A stretch of DNA of 64,000 bases from Parcubacteria group bacterium (GCA_028286605.1 JAQBRE010000003.1:17275-81274); one strand, 5' to 3'; positions 22,720-32,736 are shown, numbered from the stretch's first letter. Translations and numbers: made by a program. Notes: generated from the letters alone by a model not told the origin.

Positions 22720-24666
22720 TTACATACTGCGGATCATGTCCTTCTCGATATCTTCGAAGGTGCCGCCGACCTTCTTGCCTGGGTTGAAGATGTTTTCAGG
22801 ATCGAATATACGCTTCGTTTCTGCGAAAAGGCTCACCATGTCCTGGCCGAACATCTGGGTGAGGTACGGAGTGCGGATGATGCCGTCATTATGTTCGCCG
22901 GTGGTGGAGCCGCCGTATTTAAGAACGATGTCGTAGACCTTCGGCGCGAGTTCGAGGATTATCTTTCTCGATTCAGGCTTAGAAACATCCATGAGCGGAA
23001 TGATATGGAAGTTACCGTTGCCGATGTGTCCGGCAATCGTATATATAAGGTCATATTTGCCAAGGAGCGCATTGAGTTCCGGAAGGAACTTCGGATAGGT
23101 GTCGGGCGGCACGACGAAGTCGTCGATGAACGGGGAAGCGTAGAGTCCCTTCAGGTTCTTGCGGAGAAGCGCAAAGCTTTCGCGACGCACGATCCAATAT
23201 TTCTCTGCAGCCTGTTCGTTCTTCGCGATACGTGTGGGCAGTTTCATCGAGGCGAGGGAAGCGCGCGCATCCTCTGCACGCTTCAGCGCGCGCTCTGCAG
23301 TTTCGTCCGAAAATTCAGCCATCAGGATAAGTTTCGGTATGCCGCCGGTGATTGCCATACCCACTTCAGGAATGAACGAAAGACCGAGGCGTGTGGCGCG
23401 AACAAGACCCATCTGCGAAAGCATTTGCGGCATGAACTGTACGGCAAGCTTCAGTGTGTGGTCGTCATAGGACTCGAATGATTCCGGATTGAACGGCAAG
23501 ACTTTCTTCACGACCTGTGGCAACGGATCGAGGCTCGTAAGGAAGACGATGAGCATGGCTCGATGCTTTTGCGGCTTCACTAACGAAAGCTTCGCTTTCG
23601 TGACGAGCGCGAGCGTCCCCTGCGCGCCACAAATAACTTTCGCCAAGTTGAACGTGCCAGTCTTCGGGTCATGAATATCCCACAATGCGTAGCCTGCAGA
23701 GTTCTTCGTTACATGCGGTCGTGCTTTCTCGATGGTCTTCGCGTTCGTGCTTATGAGTGCGCTCATGCGCTTGTATATAGAACCTTCAAGCGTCGGAAGC
23801 TGCTGCTTCGCAGCGAGTTCGCGTGCATTGAGCGCTTTGAATGTTGTCTGCGTACCATCTGAAAGCACGACATCGACCTCCTCAAGATACCTTGCCGTCT
23901 TGCCGTATTCGAGTGTGCGTTCACCGCCGGAATTATTGTTCACGATACCGCCCATCGCGCAGATTTCGCGCGAAGCAGGGTACGAGGGAAGTATGAAATC
24001 CTGCTTCAGCGTTTCCTTCTCGAAATCACGATAGAACACGCCTGGTTCAGTAACGGCATATCCGTGATCGCCTTCCGTTCCGACGGCGATCACTTTGTTC
24101 ATGTATTTGGTGAATACTGCGACGATAGAATCGGTGAGCGGTCCGCCGCTCATGTCGGTACCTGCCGAACGCGCGGTAACGGAAACATTCATGCCGTGCG
24201 CACGTGCGCCATTCGCTGCCTTTACGAGCTCGCTAACATCGTTCGCATCCTTTGGATAAACCACGAGCTGCGGCATCTTCGTGAAGAGGCTCGTGTCGCG
24301 CGAATACTTCGTGCGTTCTGCACTGCTTTCCTCAACGTCACCGGTTATGTGCGGCTGAATCATCTTGTAGAGCGGTGTGTGCTGTATCGAAACAGCAACC
24401 GGTACTGGCGCAGCGCTGATGCGTGCACGATTTACCTGCGGTCGCACCGGCACTTCGCGTGGTGCCTTCCGTTCTTTCACTGGCTTCATCTTCGGCTCCT
24501 TGATTGCCTTCGGAGCTTTCTGCACTCTCTCTTTCTTCTCGCGCTGTTTCCAGAATCGTTCTCCCGGATGATGCGTTCGCCATACCTCACGTACGGCACC
24601 ATATATGAATGCGAGCAGCACAACGAAACAGAGAATGATAATGAGATAGGCAAGGAGCGCGTACAT
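22720..24666 (-). CDS. FAD-binding oxidoreductase (GlcD/D-lactate dehydrogenase-like) with N-terminal TM helix and Lys-rich linker
   Basis: FAD_binding_4 segment VVYPKDANDVSELVKAANGARAHGMNVSVTARSAGTDMSGG and FAD-oxidase C-terminal domain. Confidence 0.75.
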   Translation of the reverse strand: MYALLAYLIIILCFVVLLAFIYGAVREVWRTHHPGERFWKQREKKERVQKAPKAIKEPKMKPVKERKAPREVPVRPQVNRARISAAPVPVAVSIQHTPLYKMIQPHITGDVEESSAERTKYSRDTSLFTKMPQLVVYPKDANDVSELVKAANGARAHGMNVSVTARSAGTDMSGGPLTDSIVAVFTKYMNKVIAVGTEGDHGYAVTEPGVFYRDFEKETLKQDFILPSYPASREICAMGGIVNNNSGGERTLEYGKTARYLEEVDVVLSDGTQTTFKALNARELAAKQQLPTLEGSIYKRMSALISTNAKTIEKARPHVTKNSAGYALWDIHDPKTGTFNLAKVICGAQGTLALVTKAKLSLVKPQKHRAMLIVFLTSLDPLPQVVKKVLPFNPESFESYDDHTLKLAVQFMPQMLSQMGLVRATRLGLSFIPEVGMAITGGIPKLILMAEFSDETAERALKRAEDARASLASMKLPTRIAKNEQAAEKYWIVRRESFALLRKNLKGLYASPFIDDFVVPPDTYPKFLPELNALLGKYDLIYTIAGHIGNGNFHIIPLMDVSKPESRKIILELAPKVYDIVLKYGGSTTGEHNDGIIRTPYLTQMFGQDMVSLFAETKRIFDPENIFNPGKKVGGTFEDIEKDMIRSM

Positions 24667-24680
24667 ATATATAGAATAAC

Positions 24681-25430
24681 TTATCCGGCGAGAAGCTCGC
24701 CGATAACGCGCATCGTGTCTTCAGGATCTTTCACCTGTTGCGTGCGGATGCCGGTCTCCTTCACCACCTCATCGTTGCCGCCCGGATACAGCGCGTCGCC
24801 GATGTACATCGTGTCTGCGATTATGTACGAACGGTATTCGCACAACTTGCGAATGCCGTATGCCTTGTTAATTCCTTTCAACGTAACGTCGATCGAAGTT
24901 GAACCGCCGGTTTTTACGTCGTATTCGGGAAGCATCGGCACGAGCGCGTCGTGCAGCGTGCGCTTCTTAGAACCGTCTGGATCCCACGCTTCTTTCTCTG
25001 CGATAGGTGCTTCTTGGCCAAGTGCAGAGAGCGTTACTTCTGCGCCGCGGAACTCGATGCGATCGCCATATGAATGTGATGCGAGGTCAACGATACCCGT
25101 TTCGCGCATCGCGGTCTCAAGGGTCGTGCATATGCTTTGTGCCTGCGCGTCGGTAAGGCGTTCCTCATATACGGCCTGCCATCGTCCTTCAAGGAATGCG
25201 TAGAGCGCCGCGCCGCTCGTGGGAAGAATGAATAGATGATCGAGCACCGTACCTTCGGGGAGCTGGTCTGCGACTTGTTCCTTAAGCTGTGAGAATTTTC
25301 CGCCAGAGATTATCGCCACGTTCGTACGTGCAAGAAGCTTCGAAAGAAGCTGCGCCATTTCGGGCGTGAGCGGCTGCTTGCTCGCAGCGAGCGTCTTATC
25401 GAGATCGAAGAAAATGAGAGAAGGAAGCAT
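24681..25430 (-). CDS. HAD-superfamily hydrolase, subfamily IIB (phosphomannomutase/Cof-like)
   Basis: Motif I FFDLDKTL, motif II ISGG, C-terminal GDALYPGGND. Confidence 0.7.
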   Translation of the reverse strand: MLPSLIFFDLDKTLAASKQPLTPEMAQLLSKLLARTNVAIISGGKFSQLKEQVADQLPEGTVLDHLFILPTSGAALYAFLEGRWQAVYEERLTDAQAQSICTTLETAMRETGIVDLASHSYGDRIEFRGAEVTLSALGQEAPIAEKEAWDPDGSKKRTLHDALVPMLPEYDVKTGGSTSIDVTLKGINKAYGIRKLCEYRSYIIADTMYIGDALYPGGNDEVVKETGIRTQQVKDPEDTMRVIGELLAG

Positions 25431-25431
25431 A

Positions 25432-27363
25432 TTAGTTCTTTACGAGGAGACGGCTCATAAGCTTTGAAACGGAGAACGTAGCGACACCCAGCTTACTGTC
25501 TGCACCGCCGTAATACACGAAGAGCGTATCATCACGGCGCACGATGCCGCAGGTGAATACGACATCGCCGATCTGCCCGTGCTTCTCCCAATCATCGAGC
25601 GGCTCGAGTATCGGCGCAACCATGCGCGAAATGACCCGTTCGGCAGCGTCATCAAGTAATGCGGCTCCAAGCCTGTACGTCTTCTTGTCTGGTGCGATAG
25701 CGTGATAAATGAATAGCCAGCCTTCAGGAACTTTCAGCGGCGCTGAACCGGCACCTATCTTATGGCCGTCCCACATGCCCGGGCGCGGACCCATAAGATC
25801 GAAGGCGCGGTCTATGGTGTGAATCTTGTCGAGGGAATCGAACATCTCGATACAGATGTTCGGATCAAGGCGATGCATCACCGCGACCTTTCCGTTGATG
25901 CGTTCGGGGAAGATGCATACGTCTTTGTCTGCAATTCCTTCAGGGGTGATGAGCTTCGGCGTGGACCAGTTCTTGAATTTCTTCGCGACGAAATCCTGTA
26001 TAGGAATACTGCTTATCGCGCCGCGTACCGATACACGCCCATCGTAGGCGGTGTAGCAAACGGTGAGCGTGTCATCAAGCAGCGTAAGGCGTGGATCTTC
26101 GCAGCCGGAGTTTCCGTCGGGCGCGCCTCCTTTCGCTTCGAATGATTCGCGCGGCGTGTACGCAGGCGTGTCGAGGCGCTCGGTAACGTGAATGCCATCT
26201 TCAAGGCGCGCGTATCCCATAACCGAGGTCGAGTCCGCACCCATGGCGCGGTACAGCAGATGCACTGAACCGCTGTGATCGATTGCTGCGGCATTGAATA
26301 CCGCGCGTGATTCCCATGCGTGTTCAGGAATAGGAGAGAGTATCGGATTACCTTCAGCGCGCGTACCGAAATTACGGCGACTGGTTTCGCTCATCGATTC
26401 TATAAGCGCAGAAAGAGAAAGCGTTGCCGTTGCGCAGGAAGTGTCAGCAGCGCCGTAATATACGTGCAGCGTGTCGCCATCGAGGCTCGCGCCGGAAGGG
26501 AATACGACGTTGCCGACGATGCCGTATCGTTCGTAGGATTCTTCCGGCACCATGAATGGATATTCCGTCTTGCCGATAACCTTGCGTGGATCATTCGCGT
26601 CAAGCAACAATGCTTCGACGCCAAAGATACGACGATGCTCGTCGTAATAATCCTGTATGTGCGAATACACGAGCAGCCACCCTTCCTTCACGCGTAGCGG
26701 CGTAGCCGCTACTTCCATATGTTCCGTATCGTTACGGCGAATATCCGGAAGTGCATGTTCAGGAAGATGCGCATGCCATTCCTCCCAGAACGAAGGATTC
26801 CAGAAGTCTTCGATATTCTTCGAGCGCGCGATGCCGATGGTGGAGGTGGGGTAATCCGCAGTCCAGTCGGTATGCGCCGTGACCATAAGAACGGCGTCGC
26901 CATCGATGCGTTCAGGGAATAGCGTGGCAGCTTTGGCATTGAAGGGTGTGACGATATGCTTCTCGGTGAGCTCGTTCGGAAGCGTACCAATAGCGACTGC
27001 GCATTTAATGTTGTCCGGTCCGAACGGATATCCGCCGAGCGCGGTATAGAACACGTACCACTTTCCTTCGAAGAAGGTCGCGCGCGGGTCTTCGCATCCG
27101 TACTTCTCCCAGTCTTCGGTCGGCTCGATTACTTGCGCGCGCTCCTCGAAATCTAAGTCGCCGTGCCCGGCAGAATAGCCGATCGTAGAGAACCCATGAT
27201 GCGGCGTCCGCAGGACGTCCGGTTCTCCCATCGCTCTATAAAAAAGATGTGTCGTGCCATCCTTGTGCACGACGGTGGGATTAAACGCACCGATCGCTTC
27301 ATACGCGCGGTTACGCGATGGCACAATTATAGGGTTGTTTTTTGAGCGGGTGACGATGAACAT
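25432..27363 (-). CDS. tandem GH130 (DUF377) glycoside hydrolase/phosphorylase-like protein
   Basis: Two repeats of the GH130 signature (NPIIVP...AFNPTVV...HLFYRAMG and GNPILSPIPEHAWESRAVFNAAAI...HLLYRAMG). Confidence 0.7.
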   Translation of the reverse strand: MFIVTRSKNNPIIVPSRNRAYEAIGAFNPTVVHKDGTTHLFYRAMGEPDVLRTPHHGFSTIGYSAGHGDLDFEERAQVIEPTEDWEKYGCEDPRATFFEGKWYVFYTALGGYPFGPDNIKCAVAIGTLPNELTEKHIVTPFNAKAATLFPERIDGDAVLMVTAHTDWTADYPTSTIGIARSKNIEDFWNPSFWEEWHAHLPEHALPDIRRNDTEHMEVAATPLRVKEGWLLVYSHIQDYYDEHRRIFGVEALLLDANDPRKVIGKTEYPFMVPEESYERYGIVGNVVFPSGASLDGDTLHVYYGAADTSCATATLSLSALIESMSETSRRNFGTRAEGNPILSPIPEHAWESRAVFNAAAIDHSGSVHLLYRAMGADSTSVMGYARLEDGIHVTERLDTPAYTPRESFEAKGGAPDGNSGCEDPRLTLLDDTLTVCYTAYDGRVSVRGAISSIPIQDFVAKKFKNWSTPKLITPEGIADKDVCIFPERINGKVAVMHRLDPNICIEMFDSLDKIHTIDRAFDLMGPRPGMWDGHKIGAGSAPLKVPEGWLFIYHAIAPDKKTYRLGAALLDDAAERVISRMVAPILEPLDDWEKHGQIGDVVFTCGIVRRDDTLFVYYGGADSKLGVATFSVSKLMSRLLVKN

Positions 27364-27369
27364 AAATAA

Positions 27370-28512
27370 CTATGCGAGCGCCATTTGCGGCGTACCGTGC
27401 GTCATGAGCGTATCAAGAAAACTGCCGATCGGTGCGCTTGCTGAACAGACGACATTATCGCCGCCGCCATAATACACGCGGAGCGTGTCGTCTTTTATCG
27501 TTGCGCCGCAGCCGTATACGATTCCTGGCTTTCCTTCATTCTCATACGTAGCGTCAGGTACGAGCACTGGCAACGGCGCGCGCGCGATTATCTTCGTCGG
27601 ATCAAGCAAATCAAGAAGCGCTGCACCCATCTTATATTTGTGAGTCTCATCGTCATTCGCGTGATAGAGGAAGAGCCAGCCGAATGCTGTCTTAATCGGT
27701 GGCGGGCCGATGCTGCGCATGCGCTTGTGCCACGCGATCGTGCGATCAGGCATCGCATGAGGATTCGGGCTATCGATATGAGGAGAATCTGCGCCGATGC
27801 GCATCGGGTCGTTCATGTATTCGATGCGCACGCGATTCTCGTCGTCCGTATGCAGATTATGCATAAGCGCGAACTGTCCGTTCACTTTTTCAGGGAAGAG
27901 CACCCAATTCTTATGACGCTCGCCGGCAGGTGAAAGGAATGATGGCTTGCTCCAGTTCCAGCGATGGTTTATGAGGTCGTCGACATCAAGGGTGATTGCC
28001 GCGACGCGCATATTGTCCCAGCCGTCGAACATATTGAACGTCAGGTACAATTTATTATCTATGATGACGGCGCGCGGGTCTTCCGTGCCGCCCCAGCTAC
28101 CACCAGAAGGATACTGTACCGGGTCATAGCGATAATGAACGCCATCACGCAAGCCATCGGCAGCGTATACCGGAAAGGGAAGACGCTCATCAAAATTAAC
28201 GCCGTCCTTAGAGGAGGCATAGCCGATACGCGATACGCCGTCCGCACCTACGGCACGGTAGAACATATGCGTCCTTCCTCCAGCTTCAACGATCGCGGGA
28301 TTCAGCACTGATTCTTTTTCCCAGTGATAAGAACCGGTTCTAAGGATAGGATTCATCGCATTGCGCACGAGCTCCAGCGCTTCCTGCACCACTGCCTGTA
28401 TGCGCGGCTGTGAGAAGAACGCATGCAGCATCTGCCACAGTCCATAGAAAAAGAGGCCGGTGACGGAGAACGCTATGAATACTGCGACGAAAAAGATTAT
28501 GAGATCACTCAT
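27370..28512 (-). CDS. GH130 (DUF377) family glycosidase-like protein with N-terminal TM anchor
   Basis: WEKESVLNPAIVEAGGRTHMFYRAVGADGVSRIGYASSKDG and C-terminal LRVYYGGGD match GH130. Confidence 0.7.
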   Translation of the reverse strand: MSDLIIFFVAVFIAFSVTGLFFYGLWQMLHAFFSQPRIQAVVQEALELVRNAMNPILRTGSYHWEKESVLNPAIVEAGGRTHMFYRAVGADGVSRIGYASSKDGVNFDERLPFPVYAADGLRDGVHYRYDPVQYPSGGSWGGTEDPRAVIIDNKLYLTFNMFDGWDNMRVAAITLDVDDLINHRWNWSKPSFLSPAGERHKNWVLFPEKVNGQFALMHNLHTDDENRVRIEYMNDPMRIGADSPHIDSPNPHAMPDRTIAWHKRMRSIGPPPIKTAFGWLFLYHANDDETHKYKMGAALLDLLDPTKIIARAPLPVLVPDATYENEGKPGIVYGCGATIKDDTLRVYYGGGDNVVCSASAPIGSFLDTLMTHGTPQMALA

Positions 28513-28876
28513 GTGCGGTATCTGCTACGCGTCCGTAATCGTCTTCAAGCCGTTCGATATCATTCTCATCGAATTCACCGAGTGCGATTTCCAAAACAGT
28601 TATTCCTTCAGGACCACCAGTTAAACGATGAGTCGCGCCAATAGGAATTTCAACTTCGCTATCTATAGTCATCGGATACTCGACACCATCGACCTCAGCC
28701 ATGCCGCTTCCTTTGATAGTCTTCCAGAATTCGGAACGCTTCGAATGCTTCTGCAGTGAAAAGCGCTGGCCTGCAGCAACATTCAGGAATTTCAGTTCTG
28801 AAGGCTCGTTCTCGGTGAAACGGTCGAATGAGCCCCACGGACGATCTTCGTGGCAGCGATTGGAGAGAAGGGACAT
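28505..28876 (-). CDS. cupin-domain protein (mannose-6-phosphate isomerase type II C-terminal-like)
   Basis: RPWGSF...KFLNVAAGQRFSLQKHSKRSEFW...G matches cupin_2 / MPI-II. Confidence 0.6.
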   Translation of the reverse strand: MSLLSNRCHEDRPWGSFDRFTENEPSELKFLNVAAGQRFSLQKHSKRSEFWKTIKGSGMAEVDGVEYPMTIDSEVEIPIGATHRLTGGPEGITVLEIALGEFDENDIERLEDDYGRVADTAHE

Positions 28877-28946
28877 ATACCTATAATACATTGCATGAAG
28901 CGTTTATGAGCAGTGGAAAACGTGCATAACAACATAAATCTGAGGT

Positions 28947-29441
28947 ATGGTTAGCGCCATGAGACTCGCAACCCTGGCAATCATCGTGCAGGACGGAAAA
29001 GTGCTGCTTGGCGAGAAGAAGAAAGGTGAAATCGGCACAGGAACCCTGAATGGACCCGGTGGCAAGCTTGATCCCGGAGAGACGCTAACAGAATGTCTTA
29101 TCCGCGAGGTTGATGAAGAGCTTGAAATAAAACTGGATGCAGATCAACTGAAGAAAGTTGCCATCATAACGTTCTTCGCCGGAGGTGAGCCTGACTTCGG
29201 TGTACATGTGTACCGTACTCAGTATTTCGAGGGCGAATTGAAAGAGACCGCAGACATGATACCGAACTGGTACGATATCCAGGATCTCCCATTCGATCGA
29301 ATGCTCGGCTCAGATCATATGTGGTTCAAACAAGCTGTGGATGGAGAATCCTTTTGCGCAAACGTGTATTACAAGGAGCGGGCAAGCGGGTTCGAACGTA
29401 TTGATTTCCTTCCGTTCGTAGATACCGAGGTTGTAGCGTAG
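28947..29441 (+). CDS. NUDIX hydrolase
   Basis: Nudix box GPGGKLDPGETLTECLIREVDEELEI. Confidence 0.85.
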   Translation: MVSAMRLATLAIIVQDGKVLLGEKKKGEIGTGTLNGPGGKLDPGETLTECLIREVDEELEIKLDADQLKKVAIITFFAGGEPDFGVHVYRTQYFEGELKETADMIPNWYDIQDLPFDRMLGSDHMWFKQAVDGESFCANVYYKERASGFERIDFLPFVDTEVVA

Positions 29442-29463
29442 GGCCCGTCCGGAGGACGGGCCC
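29441..29463. terminator. bidirectional hairpin gggcccgtcc-gga-ggacgggccc between convergent genes
   Basis: Perfect 10-bp GC-rich stem. Confidence 0.6.
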
Positions 29464-29470
29464 TTACTAG

Positions 29471-29884
29471 TTACTCGTGATGCATCCCCGCAACCCTGAA
29501 ATTCACGTGCAAATTGAAGAGATAATTCACGATGCCGATTACTCCCGCTACCAGCACGCGTGCCAACAGGTAATAAAGGTGCGCGAAGCTAACTAACAAC
29601 GCAACGAGCCCGGTTGTCGCGAGCGCTCCCAGAAGCGCAACGATGATGAAGTACGCATAGCCATGATGAATCGGCCGCTTCGTTCCATAGAACACGAAAC
29701 GACGGCTTATGAAATAGTTTATTGAGACGGCAATAAGGAACGTCGCAGGCGTGGAAAAATAGTAGGGAATACCGAGAATGCTTGTAGCGATATATAGGAG
29801 GCACAGGTCAAATCCGAGCGTACTGGCTCCTACGAGAGCATAGCGAAGAAAACGGCGGAGCGAGGGCGAACGAGCTAAGTCCAT
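29471..29884 (-). CDS. GtrA-family polysaccharide-synthesis membrane protein
   Basis: RFLRYALVGASTLGFDLCLLY...NYFISRRFVF matches GtrA-like fold (4 TM). Confidence 0.6.
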   Translation of the reverse strand: MDLARSPSLRRFLRYALVGASTLGFDLCLLYIATSILGIPYYFSTPATFLIAVSINYFISRRFVFYGTKRPIHHGYAYFIIVALLGALATTGLVALLVSFAHLYYLLARVLVAGVIGIVNYLFNLHVNFRVAGMHHE

Positions 29885-29896
29885 GGCCGTAGTCTA

Positions 29897-29925
29897 GCGC
29901 ATGGGGATAACGCTTGACTTTTCTA
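29897..29925 (+). promoter_or_regulatory. sigma70-like promoter TTGACT-N17-TATATT
   Basis: Consensus-like hexamers with 17-nt spacer; followed about 110 nt later by terminator 30040-30065. Confidence 0.4.
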
Positions 29926-30039
29926 AAAGCGTCTGATATATTCAAAGGAAGTTGAGGTGAGTGATGTGCGGCTTATGTTCGACCTTCGAGTTGAACCCTT
30001 TTTACAACTAAGCCGCGCATCAGTCTTCTTAACTCCACT

Positions 30040-30065
30040 AAACGCGCCACAGGGCGCGTTTTTGC
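30040..30065 (+). terminator. rho-independent terminator aacgcgcc-acag-ggcgcgtt + ttttt
   Basis: 8-bp perfect stem, T5 tail. Confidence 0.65.
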
Positions 30066-30081
30066 GTATTTCAGGCCTCTT

Positions 30082-30110
30082 TTGTGCAGAAATACGCAAC
30101 GCGTTATACT
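30082..30110 (+). promoter_or_regulatory. sigma70-like promoter TTGTGC-N17-TATACT for ABC transporter operon
   Basis: -10 TATACT 9 nt upstream of ATG 30120 (near-leaderless); overlaps inverted repeat tgcgtatttc...gaaatacgca (possible operator). Confidence 0.4.
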
Positions 30111-30119
30111 GCCTAAATC

Positions 30120-31070
30120 ATGGCTCCTGACCCCACCGTTCCTGCTCTCGAAATCGTCAATCTAAAGAAGAAATACGCAGGAACGAAGAAGAATCCTGGT
30201 ACCGATGCCTTGAAAGGCGTCTCACTCACCGTTCCCCAAGGCGAATTCTTCGCCTTCCTCGGACCGAACGGAGCAGGAAAAACCTCACTCATTTCTATCG
30301 TTGCCGGCCTTGCCGTTAAGAGCAGCGGGGAAGTTCGCGTACACGGCATCTCTATAGACGAGCATGCGGACCATGCAAAGGCGTTCATTGGCCTCGTTCC
30401 GCAGGAAATGAATTTCAATATCTTCGAGAAAGTTATCAACATCGTGCTTGATCAGGCTGGGTACTACGGAATCTCACGTGCAGAAGCGATGCCGCAGGCT
30501 GAAAAGGTCCTCAAGGATCTTTCACTCTGGGAAAAGCGCAATGAGGCAGCGCAGGCACTTTCGGGCGGCATGAAGCGACGCCTGCTCATCGCTCGCGCCC
30601 TCGTGCACAAGCCGCGCGTGCTGCTTCTTGATGAACCGACCGCCGGCGTAGACGTTGAGCTGCGTCGCGGCATGTGGGATTTCCTTCGTGAACTCAACGA
30701 ATCAGGCACGACAATCATTCTCACGACGCACTATCTTGAAGAAGCAGAACAGCTCTGCCGTCGCGTAGCGATAATCAATCAGGGCGAAATCATTAAAGAG
30801 GGAACCGTAAAGGAATTGCTCACGAGCCTCAGTTCGGTAACGCTGCTCGTGGATACGAAGGAGCCAGTATTGCTCTCAAATATGGAACTGCTGCGCGGCT
30901 ATCCGATAACGAAGATCGATGAGACCACGCTTGAAGTGAAGCTGGAACATAATCAGCCGGCGAACGATATTTTCCGTAAGCTTTCCTCTATCGGCATCAA
31001 CATAATGAATGTTCGAAATTCAGGAAGCCGCCTTGAGGAAGTGTTCGTCAGCTTGGTAGAAAAGAAATAA
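30120..31070 (+). CDS. ABC transporter ATP-binding protein (ABC-2/DrrA-type)
   Basis: Walker A GPNGAGKTS, signature LSGGMKRRL, Walker B LLLDEPTAGVD. Confidence 0.9.
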   Translation: MAPDPTVPALEIVNLKKKYAGTKKNPGTDALKGVSLTVPQGEFFAFLGPNGAGKTSLISIVAGLAVKSSGEVRVHGISIDEHADHAKAFIGLVPQEMNFNIFEKVINIVLDQAGYYGISRAEAMPQAEKVLKDLSLWEKRNEAAQALSGGMKRRLLIARALVHKPRVLLLDEPTAGVDVELRRGMWDFLRELNESGTTIILTTHYLEEAEQLCRRVAIINQGEIIKEGTVKELLTSLSSVTLLVDTKEPVLLSNMELLRGYPITKIDETTLEVKLEHNQPANDIFRKLSSIGINIMNVRNSGSRLEEVFVSLVEKK

Positions 31071-31074
31071 TCTT

Positions 31075-31848
31075 ATGGACCGTCACCCAATCACAACCGG
31101 CTATTACACGATGGTGCGCAAGGAATTCATCCGCATCGTGCGTATCTGGGCGCAGACCCTTCTTCCGCCGATCATCACCACGGCGCTGTATTTCGCTATC
31201 TTCGGAACATTCATCGGTTCGCAGGTCGCGAAGATCCACGGCGTCTCGTATATAGAATTCATCGTGCCAGGCTTGGTTATGATGGCGATTATCACCAGTT
31301 CGTACACGAACACCGTCTCGACCTTCTATTTCGCGAAGTGGCAGCACACGATAGACGAACTCTTCGCATCGCCGATGCCGGACTGGGTGGTTATCGCCGG
31401 TTTCGTTACGGGCGGCGTGATGCGCGGCGTTCTTGTGGGCATCCTCGTCATCGGCGTCTCGCTTTTCTTCACGCATCTCCTTATTTACAACATGTTTGTG
31501 CTTATTGCAGCGGCAGTGCTTACATCTGTGCTGTTTTCTTGCGCAGGATTGGTTAATGCTATTTTCGCCAAGACGTTCGACGCGATCAACATCGTTACGA
31601 CGTTCGTGCTCACGCCGCTTACGTATCTCGGCGGCGTCTTCTATTCGATAAACCAGCTTCCGCCAATCTTCCGTACGCTTTCGCTCGCCAACCCCATTCT
31701 CTATATGGTGAATGCATTTCGCTACGGATTCCTTGGCATAAGCGACGTATCGCTCGGCCTGAGCTTCGGCGTCATAATCGGCCTGATCATAATCCTTCTT
31801 GTCGCATCGATACTGTTATTCAAGCGCGGTACCAAACTCAAGAACTAA
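31075..31848 (+). CDS. ABC-2 type transporter permease
   Basis: 6 predicted TM helices; ABC2_membrane-like; 4-nt gap after ATPase gene. Confidence 0.8.
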   Translation: MDRHPITTGYYTMVRKEFIRIVRIWAQTLLPPIITTALYFAIFGTFIGSQVAKIHGVSYIEFIVPGLVMMAIITSSYTNTVSTFYFAKWQHTIDELFASPMPDWVVIAGFVTGGVMRGVLVGILVIGVSLFFTHLLIYNMFVLIAAAVLTSVLFSCAGLVNAIFAKTFDAINIVTTFVLTPLTYLGGVFYSINQLPPIFRTLSLANPILYMVNAFRYGFLGISDVSLGLSFGVIIGLIIILLVASILLFKRGTKLKN

Positions 31849-31866
31849 GCGCGGTATACTGAGCGT

Positions 31867-32733
31867 ATGCTGACGTTCACACAAGCGATCATCCTAGGTC
31901 TTGTTCAGGGCTTCACGGAACTCTTTCCGATATCAAGCTTAGGTCATAGTGTGCTGCTTCCGATGCTGCTCGGATGGAAGCTCGATCAGAGCGCGCCATT
32001 CTTTGTGGTATTCCTCGTGGCGACGCATCTTGCAACCGCGCTCGTACTTATCGGATTCTATTTCCGCGACTGGATTCGCATCGCGCAGGGCTTCCTTCGC
32101 TCCCTTATCTATCGTCGTGTTCATGGCGACGTATATGCGAAGCTCGCGTGGCTGCTTATTGCCGCGACTATTCCTGCCGGGCTTCTTGGGTTCCTTTTTC
32201 AGAACAAGCTAAGTGCGCTCTTCGCTTCGCCGCATATCGTTGCCGTATTCCTGTTCGCGAACGGCCTTATGCTGCTCGTTATTGAACGTATGAAGAAGCG
32301 TCCTTCCACGTCACTGCAGACTGCAGGAGGGCTTGCGCTTGATACGAACATCTCGCGGCTCACCGGCTTCCAGGCATTGCGCGCCGGAACGATGCAGGCG
32401 CTTGCGCTGTTCCCGGGATTCTCGCGTACCGGCGCATCTATCGGCGGGGGATTGCTTTCAGGCCTTGATCACGCGAGCGCAGCTCGCTTCTCATTCCTTC
32501 TCGCGACACCGATCATTCTCGCTGCTGCGGTACTAAAACTTCCAGTCCTGTTTACCGCTACGCACAGCTACCCGACACAACAGATAGTTGCCGGCATGCT
32601 CGCTGCCGCATTCGCTGCGCTCGTTTCCGTACTCTTCCTTACGCGCTATTTCCGCACGCGCTCGCTTCTTCCATTCGCGTATTACTGCATGCTCGCTGGC
32701 GCGAGCTCGATCATATTCTTCTTGTTCTCTTAG
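31867..32733 (+). CDS. uppP: undecaprenyl-diphosphatase (BacA/UppP)
   Basis: ELFPISSLGHSVLL and RFSFLLATP motifs. Confidence 0.85.
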   Translation: MLTFTQAIILGLVQGFTELFPISSLGHSVLLPMLLGWKLDQSAPFFVVFLVATHLATALVLIGFYFRDWIRIAQGFLRSLIYRRVHGDVYAKLAWLLIAATIPAGLLGFLFQNKLSALFASPHIVAVFLFANGLMLLVIERMKKRPSTSLQTAGGLALDTNISRLTGFQALRAGTMQALALFPGFSRTGASIGGGLLSGLDHASAARFSFLLATPIILAAAVLKLPVLFTATHSYPTQQIVAGMLAAAFAALVSVLFLTRYFRTRSLLPFAYYCMLAGASSIIFFLFS

Positions 32734-32736
32734 TTC

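Noticed and set aside
24064-25203. 379-aa + strand ORF
   Set aside because: Antisense to the well-supported FAD-oxidase and HAD genes. Low-complexity Arg/Ser-rich translation typical of GC-rich antisense frames.
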